Part shown: positions 53,912 to 63,251 of the stretch, piece by piece
How the letters are laid out: the number at the start of each line of letters is the position of its first letter
How positions within the stretch are numbered: position 1 is the stretch's first letter
Assembly: GCA_945883755.1 (NCBI GenBank)
Contig: CAMCXX010000002.1
Location: 42,775-106,774, forward strand
Direction of reading: 5' to 3'
DNA from: Bifidobacterium breve
GTDB lineage: Bacteria > Actinomycetota > Actinomycetes > Nanopelagicales > Nanopelagicaceae
DNA: 64,000 nt
Translations under genes and position numbers: made by a program
The notes under the pieces: model-generated
Database searches by the model: none
The model's input: only the letters and a program-made list of their open reading frames with translations
What the model was told of the DNA's origin: nothing

Positions 53912-54049
53912 CTTAAATTTTTTTCAACCCCACGCTCAAATTGGCTAAATTTTTTTAAATTCTCAGGTAGCCATGCTCAATTGAGTTTGAGATTGCCATC
54001 ATGGCTTGGCTAACCTATCTCGATGTTCAGGTTAAGTTCAGCTGGAAAG

Positions 54050-55051
54050 GTGCGCACCACAACTTTTTTTATGTTGGCGGGCGCTTTAACCCTCTCACTT
54101 CTTGTGGCAACGCCAGCCAGTGCTGCACCCTCATTACTTGAGGTGCAAGCACGAGTACGGGATCTTGAGGAGCAGGCGACCACCGCTGCTGAAGGTGCAC
54201 AGGCGGCAAAGGTAGAGTTATCAAAGCTACAAAAGATGCTCTCAACTGTGCAACAACAAGCCACTCAACAAGGCGCCTCTGTCAACGCACTTTCAAACTC
54301 AATTGGTGCCATAGCTGCCCAGCAATACAAATCAGGTCCCCTAAGCCAAAGCCTTGAACTACTTTTCTCATCTGATCCATCTCTTTACCTATCAACAGCC
54401 GGCTCACTCGAATCAGTTACCCGTAAGAAAAGTGCCGATCTACGAAAGTTTTCAGTTGCAACTCAACGGCTAACTGCCACCTCCTTAACTGTTAATGACA
54501 AATTAGCCTTAGTAAAAGCGGCGCAGGCTCGGTTCACAAAACAGTTAGCTATTGCAAATAGTAAATTACAAGAGGCAGAGGCGTTATTGGCAAAATTAAC
54601 AGTTGCCGAGCGCCAACGATTAGCAAAATTAAATGATGATGAAGAGAATGCTGATCAAGCGAAATCCTTAGCTGATGCCTCAAAATACAATGCGGTATCA
54701 GGCAGAGGCGGTACTGCGATCAAGTACGCCCTTCAACAAATTGGTGATAGGTATGTCTTTGGTGCTGCCGGCTTAACAACTTGGGATTGTTCTGGTTTGA
54801 CTATGCGTGCTTTCCGAACAGCTGGAGTGTCATTACCCCATTCATCTAGAGCGCAATACAACTATGGAAAAGCTGTAGATCGCAAAAACCTACAACCAGG
54901 AGATTTAGTATTTTTTGGAAGACCGATCTCCCATGTTGCTATCTATTTGGGTGGAGACCGAATGCTGCATGCTCCAAGAAAGGGTAGCCGTGTAAAAATA
55001 GCTGCTTTCACACTTGGTAAGAAGCCATATATCGGAGCCCGTAGACTTTAG
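54050..55051 (+). CDS. Secreted NlpC/P60 peptidoglycan endopeptidase with coiled-coil N-terminus
   Basis: Signal peptide (ATPASA-AP), WDCSGL, LPHSS, PGDLVFF, SHVAIY; start is 54023 or 54050. Confidence 0.92.
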   Translation: MRTTTFFMLAGALTLSLLVATPASAAPSLLEVQARVRDLEEQATTAAEGAQAAKVELSKLQKMLSTVQQQATQQGASVNALSNSIGAIAAQQYKSGPLSQSLELLFSSDPSLYLSTAGSLESVTRKKSADLRKFSVATQRLTATSLTVNDKLALVKAAQARFTKQLAIANSKLQEAEALLAKLTVAERQRLAKLNDDEENADQAKSLADASKYNAVSGRGGTAIKYALQQIGDRYVFGAAGLTTWDCSGLTMRAFRTAGVSLPHSSRAQYNYGKAVDRKNLQPGDLVFFGRPISHVAIYLGGDRMLHAPRKGSRVKIAAFTLGKKPYIGARRL

Positions 55052-55054
55052 TTA

Positions 55055-56200
55055 ATGAGTAATCAAAAAGCCAAGATTTTGTTGATTACAAATGATCTTG
55101 GTCCAAGAGCTGGCGGTATTGAAAGCTTTATCTTGGGATTACTAAAGCGGTTGCCACCTAATTCGGTAGTTGTGTTTACATCATCCCAACCTCACTCAGA
55201 GAGCTTTGATAAAGATTTACTTGATGAGTTCGGAGTGGTTGTTATTCGAGATCGCTCAAAAATTCTGCTACCTACTCCTCGAATTACTCGCCGAGCAATT
55301 AAATTAATGAATGAGTTTGATGCGAAGTTAATCTGGTTTGGTGCAGCAGCCCCATTAGCCTTAATGGCAGCGACCTTACGCAAAAAAGGTGCAATTCGCA
55401 TAATTGCATTAACACATGGTCATGAGGTTTGGTGGGCAAAGCTTCCGATCTTCCGCCAGCTATTAAGCAAAATTGCCAATGATGTTGATGTCCTTACCTA
55501 CTTAGGTGAGTACACAAAAAATGCAATAAAGCGGGTAGTTTCCGATCAGAAAAAGTTGATCAAGATCGCACCTGGAATTGATATTGATCATTTTCATCCA
55601 TCTGAAAAATCACTCGAGTTGATTAATAAGTTAAATGTAAATGATCGCCCAGTAATTGTCAGCGTAGGGCGATTGGTCCACCGAAAGGGCCAAGATAAAT
55701 TAATTGTTGCGATGTCACAGGTGGTAAAGCTCTATCCAAAAGCGGTTCTGCTTATCGTGGGTGAAGGTCCAATCAAATACATGTTACAGAAATTAGTGCA
55801 GCATCACTCGCTAGAGAAAAATGTAATTTTTGCTGGTCGAATTCAACTCAATGATCTTCCTAGCTATATTCAGATTGGTGATATTTTTGCGATGCCAGCC
55901 AGAGATAGATTTTTTGGACTAGAGGTGGAAGGGTTAGGAATTGTTTATCTAGAAGCAAGTGCCTGTGGCCTTCCAGTAATTGTTGGTAACTCTGGCGGAG
56001 CACCAGATGCAGTGATTTCAGAGAAAACCGGATTAATCGTTGATGGTAACTTCCCCGATCAGATTGCACAATCCATTAAATCTTTACTACAACAACCGGA
56101 GTTGGCCAAAAGATATGGCACCAGCGGACGTGATTGGGTAGTAAATGAATGGCGATGGGAGATTTGGTCAGAAAGATTTAATTCACTACTTCTGAATTAA
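55055..56200 (+). CDS. GT4 glycosyltransferase (PimB'-like mannosyltransferase)
   Basis: PRAGGIE, WFGAAAPL, THGHEVWW, GRLVHRKGQD, EGLGIVYLEASA. Confidence 0.9.
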   Translation: MSNQKAKILLITNDLGPRAGGIESFILGLLKRLPPNSVVVFTSSQPHSESFDKDLLDEFGVVVIRDRSKILLPTPRITRRAIKLMNEFDAKLIWFGAAAPLALMAATLRKKGAIRIIALTHGHEVWWAKLPIFRQLLSKIANDVDVLTYLGEYTKNAIKRVVSDQKKLIKIAPGIDIDHFHPSEKSLELINKLNVNDRPVIVSVGRLVHRKGQDKLIVAMSQVVKLYPKAVLLIVGEGPIKYMLQKLVQHHSLEKNVIFAGRIQLNDLPSYIQIGDIFAMPARDRFFGLEVEGLGIVYLEASACGLPVIVGNSGGAPDAVISEKTGLIVDGNFPDQIAQSIKSLLQQPELAKRYGTSGRDWVVNEWRWEIWSERFNSLLLN

Positions 56201-56797
56201 ATTGTTCTCAAAGGCAATACTTAAAGCTTGGCTTCGATTACTCGCACCTAATTTACGATAGATCGCAGATAGGTGAGTTTTAATGGTGGCCTCCGTTAAG
56301 AATAAACGTTGACCCATTACTGCTGCGGTAATGCCGGCTCCGAGCAACTGCAAGATCTCGATCTCGCGCTTAGTTAATTCAAAGTTTTTAGAGATTTTTC
56401 TTGGCATTATCCGGCCAGCTATCTGAAAACCGGAGGTGGTTTTACTCAGTTCAGATAAACAATTGATTAAAGTATCGATCGGTGTGCTCTTGAGAATATA
56501 TGCATCCGCACCGGAAGTTTTGGCTTTTTGCAAAGTGAGATCATCATCATCCATTGTTAAAACAATAAATTTTGTCGGTAAATCTCGCTTTTTAAGTTCG
56601 CAGATCAAATCCGACCCCAAACCATCTCCTAGATTTAAATCGACAATGCAAAAATCAGGGGAGAGTGAGTTAAGAAGAGCTAATCCTTCAGATTTAGATG
56701 CTGCTTGGCCGATTACTGAGTACTCAGATTTTGGCAGCGCATCAGTAATTCCTGCCCTAATAAATGTGTGATCATCAATTACAACGACACTTTTCAC
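56186..56797 (-). CDS. NarL/LuxR family response regulator
   Basis: VIDDH, IVDLNL phospho-acceptor Asp, YILK, LTKREIEIL...TIKTHLSAIYRKLG HTH. Confidence 0.92.
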   Translation of the reverse strand: MKSVVVIDDHTFIRAGITDALPKSEYSVIGQAASKSEGLALLNSLSPDFCIVDLNLGDGLGSDLICELKKRDLPTKFIVLTMDDDDLTLQKAKTSGADAYILKSTPIDTLINCLSELSKTTSGFQIAGRIMPRKISKNFELTKREIEILQLLGAGITAAVMGQRLFLTEATIKTHLSAIYRKLGASNRSQALSIAFENNLIQK

Positions 56798-56812
56798 TAC
56801 AGCGTCTCATTA

Positions 56813-57382
56813 CTAAAAAAAGATTTCATAAGTTGAATCTCTTTTGATAAGAGTGGCATCTATCTTGGCTAATCTCTCCGATACTCCTAATAATCCATAA
56901 GAGTTACGTTTTGGATTTGCACCATCTTCTTGGGCGAAAGTGCCATTATCTTGATAAGTAATTGATGCCTCATTTAGATCAATTAAAATCTTGGTGCAAC
57001 CTGAGTGATTCCTAGAGTTAATGGTTAATTCACGTAAACAGCGAGATACCTCATAATGTTTATCTCTTGGAATCTGGCATTGCCCAGTGATTTCTAAGGT
57101 AATTTCCGTATCAAGTAAAATGCCGCTTAATTGATTTTCAAGCTCTTTATCTAGATTCTGCCCAGCCTCACTTCGCAGATTGTAAATCTCATTTCGTACT
57201 TGATCAGTTACACCCGATAGCGTGAAGCGAAGTTTTCGAAGATTCTCGCGAACAGATTGAGTGATTGTGACATCACCAATTAAGGAGTCAATTCGGTAAC
57301 CAATTGCTGATAAATCCTGAGCCAATCCATCATGCAGCTCTCGTGCGAGACGAGAGCGTTCAGAGTTAGGCGAAGAGTTCAT
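56813..57382 (-). CDS. Sensor-less HisKA_3 histidine kinase
   Basis: ERSRLARELHDGLAQ H-box, INSRNHS N-box, DNG, GLLGVSER; ATG 57382 lies inside the fadD 3' end. Confidence 0.8.
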   Translation of the reverse strand: MNSSPNSERSRLARELHDGLAQDLSAIGYRIDSLIGDVTITQSVRENLRKLRFTLSGVTDQVRNEIYNLRSEAGQNLDKELENQLSGILLDTEITLEITGQCQIPRDKHYEVSRCLRELTINSRNHSGCTKILIDLNEASITYQDNGTFAQEDGANPKRNSYGLLGVSERLAKIDATLIKRDSTYEIFF

Positions 57383-59150
57383 CAATCTCGCGAGCGAACT
57401 GCTGTCCAACAACATGTCGCTTTACGGATAGTTTGGCAGTTAATTGGCCACCAGCAATTGTGAAATCCACTGGCAGGATTGTGAATTTTCTAATTGATTC
57501 AGCGCGACTTACCGCTTTATTTGTCTCATCTACTGCACTTTGAATTACAGATAGAAGCGCTGGATCCTTTGCTAATTCGGCAATAGTTGCACCCTCTTTT
57601 TTATTTGCAACCATCCAAGGCTTAATTGAATCTGGATCGAGGGTAATTAAGGCTGCAATAAATGGTTTGTTATCGCCAACCACCATACATTGGGAAATTA
57701 ATGGATGTGAGCGAAGCCGATCTTCGAGTACAGCAGGTGCAACATTTTTTCCACCTGCGGTAACAATCAACTCTTTTTTACGGCCAACTATGTATAGGAA
57801 GCCAGCATCATCTAATCTTCCTAAATCTCCAGTTTTAAAGAATCGATCTGATGTGAAGACCTCAGCATTTGCCGCATCATTTTGCCAATAACCTCTCATG
57901 ACAATTGGCCCCTTGATTAATACTTCGCCATCTTCTGCAATCTTGATGGTGTTTCCTGGAATAGGTTTTCCAACAGAGCCAACCTCATGTGCCCAAGTTA
58001 AGTTCAAGGTTGCACCAGCTGTTGTTTCCGTTAAGCCGTAGCCCTCTAGTACGCGAATTCCCGCTCCTCGGTAAAAGTGACCTAGACGCTCACCTAGAGG
58101 TGCACCACCAGAGATAGCAGCTTCAACTCTTCCGCCCATACCTGCTCTGATCTTTGAATAAACCAACTTATCAAATAAGCCATGTTGAATTCGAAGCATC
58201 GGTGAAATCTTTTTTGAATCTAAGCCTTGGCTGTATGCGATTGCAACCGCCGCAGCCTTTGCAAAAATTTTGCCCTTGCCTGCTGCCTCCGCCTTTGCTT
58301 CGCCACCATTGTAAATTTTTTCAAATATACGTGGCACCGCCAATACGAAGGTTGGCTTAAAGCTTGCCAGATCTGCGGGCAATCTTGTGATGTCTCCACA
58401 GTGAGCCAAGTGAAGTCCAGCAGTAATTGCACCAATCTGCACCATACGTCCAAAAACGTGAGCTACTGGAAGGAATAACAATGTAGAACCGCCAGGCTTT
58501 AAGAAGAGATCGCTGGCGCCATTAACCACATTGCCACACTCAGCTAGGAAGTTGCCATGTGTTAACTGAACACCTTTTGGCTTACCAGTAGTACCAGATG
58601 TGTAAATCAAGGTAGCTAAGGAGTCTGGAGTTAGCGAGTTTCGACGTGCCGTCACCTGGTCATCTGAAACTGATTTTCCAGCTTCAGTTAAAATTGAAAG
58701 TGCATTGTCGGTGATGCTCCAAAGATTCTTACATGTGGCTGGCATAACTGGCTTAACAACCTCAGCTAGAACAGAGGTTTCAACAATAATTGCAACTGAG
58801 CCAGAATCACTTAATATCCAATCAACCTGCTCAGCACTTGATGTTTCATAAATTGGTACTGGAACCGCACCGGCGTACCAGATTGCGAAATCTAAAATCG
58901 TCCACTCATATCGAGTTTTTGCCATGATTGCTACCCGATCGCCACCATTAATTCCAGATGCGATTAGCCCCTTAGCGACAGCGCGAATTTCATCCTCAAA
59001 CTCCTTCGCTGTTACTGGCTGCCAACTATCTCCAAATGGGCGGGATGCCACGATGCGCTCTGGTTCAAACCATGCACGCTCTGAAATTAAATTAGTTAAA
59101 TTACCATCCGCCGCTGGCGGAATAATTGCTGGGATTGATATCTCATTCAT
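57366..59150 (-). CDS. fadD: Long-chain fatty-acid--CoA ligase (FadD15-like)
   Basis: YTSGTTGKPKG, EGYGLTET, TGDLG, GRKKELIVTAGGKN. Confidence 0.93.
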   Translation of the reverse strand: MNEISIPAIIPPAADGNLTNLISERAWFEPERIVASRPFGDSWQPVTAKEFEDEIRAVAKGLIASGINGGDRVAIMAKTRYEWTILDFAIWYAGAVPVPIYETSSAEQVDWILSDSGSVAIIVETSVLAEVVKPVMPATCKNLWSITDNALSILTEAGKSVSDDQVTARRNSLTPDSLATLIYTSGTTGKPKGVQLTHGNFLAECGNVVNGASDLFLKPGGSTLLFLPVAHVFGRMVQIGAITAGLHLAHCGDITRLPADLASFKPTFVLAVPRIFEKIYNGGEAKAEAAGKGKIFAKAAAVAIAYSQGLDSKKISPMLRIQHGLFDKLVYSKIRAGMGGRVEAAISGGAPLGERLGHFYRGAGIRVLEGYGLTETTAGATLNLTWAHEVGSVGKPIPGNTIKIAEDGEVLIKGPIVMRGYWQNDAANAEVFTSDRFFKTGDLGRLDDAGFLYIVGRKKELIVTAGGKNVAPAVLEDRLRSHPLISQCMVVGDNKPFIAALITLDPDSIKPWMVANKKEGATIAELAKDPALLSVIQSAVDETNKAVSRAESIRKFTILPVDFTIAGGQLTAKLSVKRHVVGQQFAREIDELFA

Positions 59151-59234
59151 AACCCCTACGCTATCGCCTAATAGGCCAGAATGACTAGAGCCCCTGTGTA
59201 ACGGTTTTGCATACTAGGCGGTAACCTTCTCCGC

Positions 59235-59672
59235 ATGTCTGATATATCAACCTCCACCGTCACGATCCAAGCAAGCGCTACTGAGATTCAGGAAGTTCTC
59301 GCCAACCTCCCTGGTTACCCAAGCTGGTCAACCACTATTAAATCTGTCAATGTAATTGCAACCGATGATCAAGGTCGGGCAACACAGGTCCAGGTATCTG
59401 TAGATGCTGGAGCCTTAAAAGATAAACCAACTTTAAATTATGACTGGAGCAAGGCACCAACTCGTCTTGAGTTTTCACTTGAAGATGCTGACTTATTAAC
59501 TGAGATGAGCGGGGCTTACATAATTAAGGATAATGGCGATGACACCACAGATGTCACCTATGAATTAACAGTTGGTTTATCAATGCCAGTTCCACCGGTA
59601 ATGCGTCAAAAAGCTGAAAAATCAACAATTGATTTAACCTTAAAACAATTAAAGGAAAAACTGGAAAATTAA
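59235..59672 (+). CDS. SRPBCC / polyketide cyclase family protein
   Basis: YPSW, DDQGRA, VTYEL pattern; divergent from fadD as in other actinobacteria. Confidence 0.82.
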   Translation: MSDISTSTVTIQASATEIQEVLANLPGYPSWSTTIKSVNVIATDDQGRATQVQVSVDAGALKDKPTLNYDWSKAPTRLEFSLEDADLLTEMSGAYIIKDNGDDTTDVTYELTVGLSMPVPPVMRQKAEKSTIDLTLKQLKEKLEN

Positions 59673-60638
59673 TTGAATTACCCAAAACCGGTAAGTGGTT
59701 TAACTGTTGGTATTGATATTGGCGGCACCAAGGTTCTTGGGGGAGTCGTTGATACAAGTGGCAATATTTTAGAAAGTCTTCGCAAGGACACACCTAAAAC
59801 TGGTGGTCAAGATTTAATCAATGTGGTTATTGAGATAGTCAAAACACTTCAAGCAAATCACAAGATTGTTGGCATCGGTGTAAGTAATGCTGGAATTGTC
59901 TCTGCAGATCGCAGAACTGTAGTTGCAGCAGGAAATATCTCTAATTGGAATAATGTGGCGCTCGCTGATGCATTGCAATCTGAGTTTGATCTGCCGGTAG
60001 TTGTAGAAAATGATGCTAATGCTGCAATCTGGGCTGAGTATAGATTTGGAAATGCTAAGGGTTTAAATCCAGTCATGTTTTTTATTATCGGTACCGGAAT
60101 GGGTGGCGGGTTAATTGTTGATGGCAAGTTATATCGTGGTGCAAATGGAATTGGTGCTGAGTTTGGACACATGATGGTGAAGTTAGATGGCGAAAGGTGT
60201 GGCTGCGGTGCAATTGGTTGTATTGAAACTTACGCATCCGGTAGCGCGTTAATGCGTTATGCACATGAAGCAATTAAGGCAGATGCGCAAGGCGCCAAAT
60301 CTTTACTTGATTTTGGGGATGGCACAATCAATGGATTTACTGGAAAAGATTTAACTAAAGCAGCCCAAGCAGGAAATGCCATGGCCTTGTCAGCCTTTGC
60401 CAAGCAATCTGATTGGGTTGGTTCAGCTATCGCCTCCTACACAATGTTGCTAGATCCAGAGGCGATCATCATTGGTGGGGGAGTTATAGATGCTGGCGAT
60501 TTATTTTTGAAGCCAGCTATTACCGCTGCTGAAAAATACATGCCATTTGCTGATAAACACCCACTACCTAAAATCATTGCAGCCAAATTTGGTAATGATG
60601 CCGGCTTAATTGGAGCGGGCGATTTAGTTAGAGAGTAG
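59673..60638 (+). CDS. glk: ROK family glucokinase
   Basis: GIDIGGTK, ENDANAA, GTGMGGG, EFGH, CGCG...CIE, NDAGLIGA. Confidence 0.9.
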   Translation: MNYPKPVSGLTVGIDIGGTKVLGGVVDTSGNILESLRKDTPKTGGQDLINVVIEIVKTLQANHKIVGIGVSNAGIVSADRRTVVAAGNISNWNNVALADALQSEFDLPVVVENDANAAIWAEYRFGNAKGLNPVMFFIIGTGMGGGLIVDGKLYRGANGIGAEFGHMMVKLDGERCGCGAIGCIETYASGSALMRYAHEAIKADAQGAKSLLDFGDGTINGFTGKDLTKAAQAGNAMALSAFAKQSDWVGSAIASYTMLLDPEAIIIGGGVIDAGDLFLKPAITAAEKYMPFADKHPLPKIIAAKFGNDAGLIGAGDLVRE

Positions 60639-61752
60639 CTCCATCATCAAACTCATCATCATTTCTGGCAGTACGCCAGATTAAGATGGCAACGCCTACG
60701 CAAATCATTACAACTGCTGGCCAAATACCGGCGATATCTATCGGTGTAAACCGATTAATAATTAGATAAGCAAACCCGGAACCAATTGCGATAAATCCGG
60801 TACGTTGAGTTTGATCAAATACCGGCCATTTTGGATTTGGTGGTGAGAACTGCTCCGTATTTGCTCTTCTATCCAACTCATCTAAGTAGGTAGTAGGTGG
60901 TGTTTCATCAAGTGAGAGTCCTGAAACAATTGAATCAAATTCAGCATCAATTAACTCTCGCTCGTTGTAATCATCCCCACGATTTATCTCTCCACTTAAG
61001 ACCTCGTGAATAAATAATTGTGACTGTTCATTTAGTAAGTCAGAGTCATAATCGAGCGAAACGTTGTGAAAGGATCTTTCAAAAATTACCTCACGAATAT
61101 CAGCTGAGTAGATGCTTTCAATAATTCTCTCTGAATTAGCTGGATCTACCACATGATCATTAATTGAGTAACCAATCATCACCGGAAGATCAATAAGGTA
61201 GAGATCTCGCTGAACTAATCGCCATAACTTTCGTAACGAATCCAGTGCCTTTAGGGGAGTTCGGCCGTAACTATGTTTTGGTGGGTTTGCCATAGCAACA
61301 TCGGTAACTCGTCGACCCTTAATAGATGGCACAAAGAATTTAATTAAAGGTGTTAATTTTATAATTAACCGATTGTCAGATATTGAGGGGTTAAGTAAAA
61401 GCAGCCCTTCAATCTCATCTCCTCTAATCTGACAAAGTTTTAATGCCAGCGCCCCACCCATTGAAAAGCCAGCGATAAAAACCCGATCACATTTACTTTT
61501 TAGGTCGAGGTAGGAATCCTCCACACATTTGTACCAATCCTGCCAAGTTGTCTCATTCATCTCCTGCCAAGTTGTTCCATGACCAGGTAAGCGCGGTGCA
61601 TGAACTGTGTACCCTTGTTGATTTAAATACTTGGCCCATGGCGCAATTGAAAGTGGCGAACCGGTAAATCCGTGAATTACCAGGACGCCGATCCGACCGC
61701 CGATTTGTGCGCCAGGAAGGACCAAACCCTCTGAGTTTGGAATGGTATTCAC
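60628..61752 (-). CDS. Alpha/beta hydrolase (carboxylesterase / monoacylglycerol lipase-like) with C-terminal membrane extension
   Basis: HGFTGSP, LPGHG, GFSMGG, DHVV, SFH; about 120 extra residues with 2 TM segments. Confidence 0.88.
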   Translation of the reverse strand: MNTIPNSEGLVLPGAQIGGRIGVLVIHGFTGSPLSIAPWAKYLNQQGYTVHAPRLPGHGTTWQEMNETTWQDWYKCVEDSYLDLKSKCDRVFIAGFSMGGALALKLCQIRGDEIEGLLLLNPSISDNRLIIKLTPLIKFFVPSIKGRRVTDVAMANPPKHSYGRTPLKALDSLRKLWRLVQRDLYLIDLPVMIGYSINDHVVDPANSERIIESIYSADIREVIFERSFHNVSLDYDSDLLNEQSQLFIHEVLSGEINRGDDYNERELIDAEFDSIVSGLSLDETPPTTYLDELDRRANTEQFSPPNPKWPVFDQTQRTGFIAIGSGFAYLIINRFTPIDIAGIWPAVVMICVGVAILIWRTARNDDEFDDGATL

Positions 61753-61796
61753 GCTCAGATGGTGGCATAGATTGCCGGAAGCCCTAAATTACTCCC

Positions 61797-62498
61797 GTGG
61801 CTTATCGAATCTTAAAATCATTCTTAGTACCGTTATTGATGCTGCTCTTTCGACCAAAGGTAAGTGGATTGCGCCATGTTCCAACAACCGGTCCTGTAAT
61901 AATTGCATCAAACCACCTCTCATTTAGTGATTCAATTTTTATGCCACTCGTAGTTCCCCGCAAAGTAACCTTTTTGGCAAAGAGTGAGTACTTCACCTCT
62001 CCTGGATTAAAGGGCTTTATTAAAAAGTTAACATTTATTGCATTGGGCCAGGTACCGGTTGATCGCTCTGGCGGTAAGCGAAGTGAAGCTGCGTTGATTA
62101 CCGGCTTACGGGTTTTAAATGAGGGTAGTTGTATTGGCATCTATCCCGAGGGCACAAGATCACCTGATGGCCGGCTTTATAAGGGCAGAACTGGAATTGC
62201 TCGAATGGCGATTGAATCTGGGGCAGCTGTTGTACCAGTTGCCATGTTTAATACCGCTGAAATACAACCCACAGGTCAGATAGTTCCAAATTTACGAAGA
62301 GTAAAAATGATCTTTGCAGAGCCAATGTACTTCACTGGTGATTCCACAGACCAAGCGGTACTTCGCGAAGCTACCAACAAAATTATGGATGTAATTGCGG
62401 CAATCTCGGGACAGGTTTACGTTCCAAATATGTACGCCTCAGAGGCGAAGGATGCCATTATGAAGAGCAAGGCGGAGAATGCGGGAGATTTTGAGTAG
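61797..62498 (+). CDS. plsC: 1-acyl-sn-glycerol-3-phosphate acyltransferase
   Basis: NHLSFSD, FLAKSEYF, YPEGTRSPDGRLYKG. Confidence 0.92.
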   Translation: MAYRILKSFLVPLLMLLFRPKVSGLRHVPTTGPVIIASNHLSFSDSIFMPLVVPRKVTFLAKSEYFTSPGLKGFIKKLTFIALGQVPVDRSGGKRSEAALITGLRVLNEGSCIGIYPEGTRSPDGRLYKGRTGIARMAIESGAAVVPVAMFNTAEIQPTGQIVPNLRRVKMIFAEPMYFTGDSTDQAVLREATNKIMDVIAAISGQVYVPNMYASEAKDAIMKSKAENAGDFE

Positions 62499-62501
62499 CG
62501 C

Positions 62502-63194
62502 TTACTCGGCGCCAACAAACTCTTTTCTTGATTGTAGATAATTACACATATCGCAGACCGGTTTTGCAACTGGCATCTTTGCATCGACTACGGTTATAAA
62601 ATCTGTTAATCGCTCCTGTAACGCTTGCGGATTTCGCTCAATTGGCCGCCATGTGTGTTTTAACTTTAAGCCAAAGCCCTTTGTAACATCGCCTGCTGGT
62701 TCAAGTAATGACCAAACAAGCAATCCCATAAGGGAGACCTTTCTTGCTTCACCAGTTGCTGGATTCTCTAAGGCAAAGGCGTACGCCTCGAGTTGTGGTT
62801 GATAGAGATCGGTTTTATCGGAGTCCTTTGCTTGAAACTTACAATCAATAATGCCAAATGTGCCATCTGCAAACTCAATTAAAAGATCATATTTGCCGCG
62901 AATTGCATACTTTGATGGTGAGCCATTAACTGGAATTAATGATGATTTAACCCAGCCACCAAGATCTAATACCTTGCCCGCTGGAAGTACTGGTGCAATA
63001 TCAGAGGTAGTTTTGCCGGCAAAGTAATTTTCCTGCATGGTTGCTAAATCTCCAACCAGTGGCATAAAGCCGGGAGTTCTTAGGCCATGGTTGTAGCTGA
63101 GCCAGAGACAGCGATGACACCCACCCCAAGAGAAGGTTAAATCTGATGGAGAGATAAATTCGCGTGCTTTTCCTACTGCAGTTGATGAGGCCAT
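62502..63194 (-). CDS. PD-(D/E)XK nuclease family protein (solo Cas4/AddB-like)
   Basis: ISPS, CHRC, GKYDLL, IIDCK, QLEAYA, CDMC. Confidence 0.8.
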   Translation of the reverse strand: MASSTAVGKAREFISPSDLTFSWGGCHRCLWLSYNHGLRTPGFMPLVGDLATMQENYFAGKTTSDIAPVLPAGKVLDLGGWVKSSLIPVNGSPSKYAIRGKYDLLIEFADGTFGIIDCKFQAKDSDKTDLYQPQLEAYAFALENPATGEARKVSLMGLLVWSLLEPAGDVTKGFGLKLKHTWRPIERNPQALQERLTDFITVVDAKMPVAKPVCDMCNYLQSRKEFVGAE

Positions 63195-63251
63195 TTGCGA
63201 ATTCTGCCGATCATCACTGACAATGAGTGGTTACGCCACGCAATTATTGTG

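Noticed and set aside
53912-54049. c-di-AMP (ydaO) riboswitch before NlpC/P60
   Set aside because: Only a GCTAACC fragment resembles it; the conserved GCTGAATCC and GGGGAACC blocks are absent
57366-57415. Programmed frameshift fusing FadD to the kinase
   Set aside because: No slippery sequence is evident; an overlapping ATG at 57382 explains the arrangement
62502-63251. CRISPR-Cas locus around the Cas4-like gene
   Set aside because: No repeat-spacer array or other cas genes in the window
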